Position numbers and translations under genes: made by a program
Shown: in pieces, positions 58,581-64,000 of the stretch
Numbering within the stretch: the stretch's first letter is position 1
Layout of the letters: each line of letters opens with the position of its first letter
Notes under the pieces: generated by a model
The model's input: the letters and a program-made list of their open reading frames with translations, nothing else
What the model was told of the DNA's origin: nothing
Databases searched by the model: none
Source: Eledone cirrhosa
Taxonomy: Eukaryota
NCBI GenBank assembly: GCA_964016885.1
Contig: OZ024758.1
Location: 18,600,001 to 18,664,000 of the forward strand
DNA: 64,000 nucleotides
Reading direction: 5' to 3'

Positions 58581-59452
58581 GTTGTGTTGGTCCTTCCTCT
58601 ATCTCCCATTGTCACATTTCTTTTTCTCTATGTCTATCTCTATCAGTCTCGTTCATTGTCTGTGAGAAATCGCCTGTTTTCCAACTGAGTAGAGAGAGCG
58701 GTTCCTTTCGGTTTAAAATCCCCATGAAGTCGATGGGAGCAGCACATTCACGAGGCCATGAAATGATGTTAAGTGTTCTTAACGTTTATATTTAAAGTTG
58801 CATGTGGCAAATAACGGATCATACTAAAGTAATATACCTAACATTATATCCTAAATAGCATATTTCCTCTCAGACATGCTATATAAAACCAGATGCTATA
58901 TATTTTGATAAAGCTGTTCAACAGGTATGATTAGTTGTGATATATATTAGACAAACATTAATACCCCATGTGGTGTTAAGTAGAAGAAGGACATAACCTG
59001 TGAACCCTATTGTTAACTATGCTTTGCTTTACACAAACATTAACATGTACATAATGGTATAAATATTATATATGAATTGAACTACATCGGTTTCTACGAG
59101 GAGTGTTCTAATTGTTCATTCAAAGCTATAGATAGGAAACCAAATGTGTAAATGTATTCATAATATATTCTCAACAATCATCTGCATAAGGGAGTGAGTG
59201 ACACGTCTGGCCTTTTACACAGCAGGTACAGTGAATCCGACTGTCCACGACTATCAGCTAGTGCATGCGTACATTGTCCCGTAACTCCTTAGTGAGTTGT
59301 AGAGGGTCCATATTGATATAAGGCATATCTCTAGGGCATTTGTAATCCTCATAGATCCCAATAGTCTGCAGGTATCAATAGAGCAATTCTTTTCCAGAAA
59401 AGGATATAGTGAGTGAGAGAATGTATTTGAGAAAGAGGTATATAGAAATAAT

Positions 59453-59605
59453 GTACCCCAGTACTAGGTTGGTACATTCGTTTATCGACTTTAAATGGAT
59501 TAAAAGTAAATTTGACCTCGGTGGGATTAGAACCCAGATAGAAGAGAGCCGAAAATAATACCACAAACTACGCTTTCAGATATTCTAATGACTGTCAATT
59601 CGCTG
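59453..59605 (-). mobile_element. Old SINE family A relative
   Basis: ggtacattcgtttatcgact...aaagtaaatttgacctcggtgggattagaacccag. Confidence 0.65.
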
Positions 59606-59828
59606 CATAACCTATGTATGTGTATGCAGAGATACTGTCAGTCAAAATCATTACTTTGCTTTTATTCCATAAACTTCGATAAATTCCTCATAACTTGTCA
59701 GAATATCTATAATTCAAAATTATATACCTTTAATTCTAGTTCAGTTTCTCAATAGGTGACCTCCCGTAATTTATTATGCAGTAAACTGATTTAACGAACT
59801 CGCAAATAACGCTGTTTCTCTATTTAGT

Positions 59829-60493
59829 TTGCAAGTGGAATTTATTGATAGCCATATAATCTGGCAACTGGGATTTGTTATATATTGATGATGTCAGTGA
59901 AATTAAAATTTATTCTTGAAATCAATCTTATTTAATCGATAACATATGCAAATACAACAAATTGATCATTTAACAATACCATGCATTATTCGTCTCGTGA
60001 AAGGATTTCGACGGCAAGAATTACGACAATTTTGCTCAAACCTATTAATGGAAAGTATGTATCTCCCACAGAAATAATATTCTCAGCTGAATTTGATTAT
60101 CAAGGCGTCATACATCACGTACACTCACCGGAAAGGTAATCAGATACATAGGAATATTTATATGAATCCATTCCATGTTGTCCTGACGGTGTTCGACGCA
60201 GGTGACCGAATGACTAAAGCGTCTAATCTGCCAGCTTTATACAACAACACCACATTTTCATGCAATTGATCTATTTTTTTCTTCGCAGGGAAATACATTT
60301 CACTCATTCACCTGACTCCCTATCCTCTATGCATTATCCTGAGAATGAAAAACACCGAAGTCTTCTGACGGTTGGTTTTACATGTAGAAACTGTCCATTT
60401 CTATACTGTCATTGATCTCCAAGCTATACACTATCGAGTAATGTTACTCGAAAGAAAGATATGGAATTTAATAATGTTAATACTTTTCCATAA
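59829..60493 (+). pseudogene. Possible decayed two-exon gene end (intron 60136-60288)
   Basis: Frame ...KPINGKYVSPTEIIFSAEFDYQGVIHHVHSPE ends at AAG|gtaatc and continues in phase after ttttttttcttcgcag as REIHFTHSPDS...LYCH*SPSYTLSSNVTRKKDMEFNNVNTFP*. Several stops; protein not recognised. Confidence 0.25.
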
Positions 60494-62551
60494 ACTAGTC
60501 TTTGTATGTATTGATATTTCATGTTTTGCGACTTCCTTATTGCAAATAAGTTTAGCTGAAATTTAATTACACACACACACCTATATATATATATATATAT
60601 ATATAACTTTATTTCTAAGTAGATTTTTAACAATCGATAGAAAATCAGGCATCTTAGAAACGGCTTTCTTTTGAGCTATGGTCGTAAAGATGTAATTAGA
60701 AAAGAAATACGATAGTATTTAGAATGAATAAATCGTATTTTGCCAGCAAATGTAAAATATATATCAGATGGACCTATGTCAACCATCAATAACATATCTG
60801 ATAAAAAATAATATGATCGTACATTCCTGCAACTTCTTTTCTAATTTTAATAATTGAAATGGCTCGTAATATAATAATTTCTGAAAAATATTGACCCGAT
60901 ACTAAAGATCTTATCTTAATTTGCAAACTTTACCCATTGATGTTGCTTTATCTCGCTAAATCTCTGCGGAATGAATTACCAATCCATTTTTGTTTTATTT
61001 TCGCCTTAATCTTTATTTCTCTTAGTTTTACTGTTATCTCGTTTAACATATCTCCTTGCCTATAAAGATGTTGAATTACTTTTATGATTTTCTATTTCAT
61101 ATGCAAACAGTTTTATTTCAATTTTCATATTACATTTATCTAGATATATGTATGCAGTAATATTTATGGTTATAGTACCATTCGTATTGTTGTGTTTGAT
61201 CTACAGCATAACAGCTTTTTTTAATGAAATACAATGTTTTCTTATACATACTGCCAGTTCCGTTTTTGTTTTAATAGTAATTGTTTTAATTATGTTATGG
61301 AACTCTAATCAGGAAAAAACATGAGCTTGCATGCAGGCCGTATGTATTCATCTGAAACGATTACCACTGGGATAATTTGCACACAATCTATTATAAAGCA
61401 AACCCTTTCGGTGGAGCAGATTCTTCTTGCAGTTCCATTTGCATTCACAAAACATATGTTTATAGTGTGGCTAACAATCGCAAGTCTTTTAAACTAACTT
61501 TATGAAGAAGATACACAGCATTTCGTAGTTCCTAAGATATAAAAGGCTTACATCAAAACATGATTTTACCATTAAGACTAGCATCCAATAGTAAGCAGTA
61601 ATCATTGTGAAATGAGGAAACGAAATACAAGGCGTTTTCATAAATTACTGTAAATATAAATATATATATATATATATATATGATATATAGAAATAAAAAA
61701 AAGATTATGATTGGTATTAATAAGTTCTAGAAGGTATTTTATGAGAAAAAATTAGTGCTGGCTTGGGTCTTTATATATAATAGGGAGACGTTATTTCATA
61801 AATAGTTCTATTTTATTGGCTTCATATCTCATTTACCCGAGAAAAAAATATTAATATCTTCTTTCTAACTAGCCTCATCCTTAAATACACACACACACGT
61901 GTGTGTGTGTGTGTGTGTGTGAGTGTGTGCGTTCCATCTATTTTTGTCTTTATGTAACTACTCATATTATTATGCCTTTATAACACATCTAGCTTTGTAC
62001 TTATAAGATTTAATGTGTGCTTCAATTCATGTGTAGGTATTTTCTTTTGCTGTGTGTGTGTTTGTGTGCGTCTGTGATTTTAAAGAGATTCTATTTCACT
62101 GCTGAGACATATTTGAATGTAAATCGAAGAAGCCGTATGTGATAGTAAAGTCATTGTTGAATGATGAATTTGTATCATAAAAAAAAGCCAATGTTGGTAA
62201 TATTATGCTTAAGGACGATATATCTATATTTGTTATCCTGTAACGAAAATAAAATAATGAATGGAAGTATTAAAACATATATATTATATCTGTAATTTTA
62301 TCTTAAAAACATTGTACAGCTATTGTCATTGTTGCTACTGCTTTTTCATATATACATAAGACTTACACATTCTGTAACAGTGTGTTAAAGATGTTTAGAT
62401 GAAGACAACGTAAAAGTAAATAAACTATGCGTTGGATGCAAGATAAAAGAATAGTTGAGAGAGAAATAATCATCTTACTCGCCATAGAATGTTACTTTAC
62501 ATCAACATAACTGTTTTGTGGATATCTTCATAAACATTGATAAATGTAAGC

Positions 62552-62651
<100 letters not shown>

Positions 62652-63757
62652 CCTAGGTATATCAATTCATGTATAGATATATATAAATATATATACATAT
62701 ACGTATGTGTGTTGTGTGAATTAAATAATAGATGATATTCGCATGGTATTTAGGATACATCAGAGAGGGGACTTAAAAATAACAATATTTCATATTGAAA
62801 TATTTCAATAGTCTCTCACATGTGTATATATTAGGCAATATAATTCGAAATTTCTCTTCCCTGACTAATAAACATGTTTTGGGGAATCCTTTTGTATTCT
62901 AATTCAGAAAAATGTGATAATATATATATTAACATTACGAAAAACATATAGCCAACCCAGGTTGATAGTGTTCATATATATGTGCGAGATTTATATATTT
63001 TTTCAAAGAGGAGGAAATATAAAGGAGTTTTATTCTGGAATCAGTAATACACCCAGTTTAACTATGGAACCCCAGAGTCGTATAGAGCAACAGATATTCG
63101 TCATATATATCTAATAACATGTTAATATGACATGCAAAATTATTAACATAAATGATAATTGTAGGTGAGAAAAGAAAACATGAAGTAAACATTGTGAGTT
63201 TTATATAAGTTGTTTTAACTAGCACAGTCAATGTTGGGATGCAATTAGTAAATGCATGAACCTATGTACACAGATTCAATGTTATTTTACATGCATGTGT
63301 AAAATATGTATCAGATGTACCTATGTCAAATATCAGGGATATATCTGATGAACAAATAAGAAATGATGATCCCACGTTCCTGAAAAATATTTTCTAAGTT
63401 TAGAAAGTTTCCTTTCCATGAATAATTAATGGGATTTAAAAAGAGAAAATATATTGAAGGTAAGGTATGCTGTATCCTCATCTGGAATAATGTATGTCTA
63501 TAGATAGAACGGTAATAAAGAAAACTACATGAACAAATTTAGCAATCAGATTTTATGTATAAAATGAATGAAATAAAAATCCAGAGTCGTAAACAATGCT
63601 GTTAAACTTACAAGACGAAATGTGAAGAAATATCATGTTGAGCGCAATGGGTTTTAAGCGAATACACTGAATCTAATTATATACAATTTCTTATTTTTTC
63701 CAGCTTGCTACGTATATCTCCCTTATTCTCTAAGATTAAATATTTACACACACACGC

Positions 63758-63839
<82 letters not shown>

Positions 63840-63847
63840 GTAGATAT

Positions 63848-64000
63848 ACATATATATTCATACACAAAAGTACATATATTTATTTACATATACCCATATA
63901 TTCATACACAAACGTACATATGTATATTTATATATACCCATATATTCATACACAAACGTACACATGTATATTTACATATACACATATATTCATACACAAA
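63848..64000. repeat. 44-bp minisatellite, at least 3.5 copies, running off the window
   Basis: ttcatacacaaa recurs at 63857, 63901, 63945 and 63989. Confidence 0.93.

Overview
AT-rich, repeat-dominated animal genomic DNA with no intact cellular gene that I can support. The repeat inventory suggests an octopus/coleoid cephalopod, but this is inference. About a quarter of the window is kilobase-scale compound (TA)n microsatellite, and nearly all long ORFs in the ORF track are artefacts of it. The one real coding region is a 5'-truncated CR1-type LINE ORF2 (RT domain, 13841-16117) broken by a single stop. Also present: four RTE-clade LINE 3' fragments, about 13 copies of a tRNA-derived SINE (several with clear TSDs), two older CORE-like SINE remnants, a mariner MITE, a Tc2-like MITE and several minisatellites. 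The main discovery is a set of short non-coding cassettes, mostly abutting (TA)n arrays, that carry minimal type-I hammerhead ribozyme motifs of the Penelope-like-element/retrozyme kind. Two cassettes (11397-12183 and 52387-52765) are inverted repeats with a hammerhead in each arm; their sequences differ but their fold is the same. Further single or degenerate hammerhead candidates lie near 6.8, 41.7, 45.9 and 48.7 kb. All calls were made by eye; no searches or folding were run.
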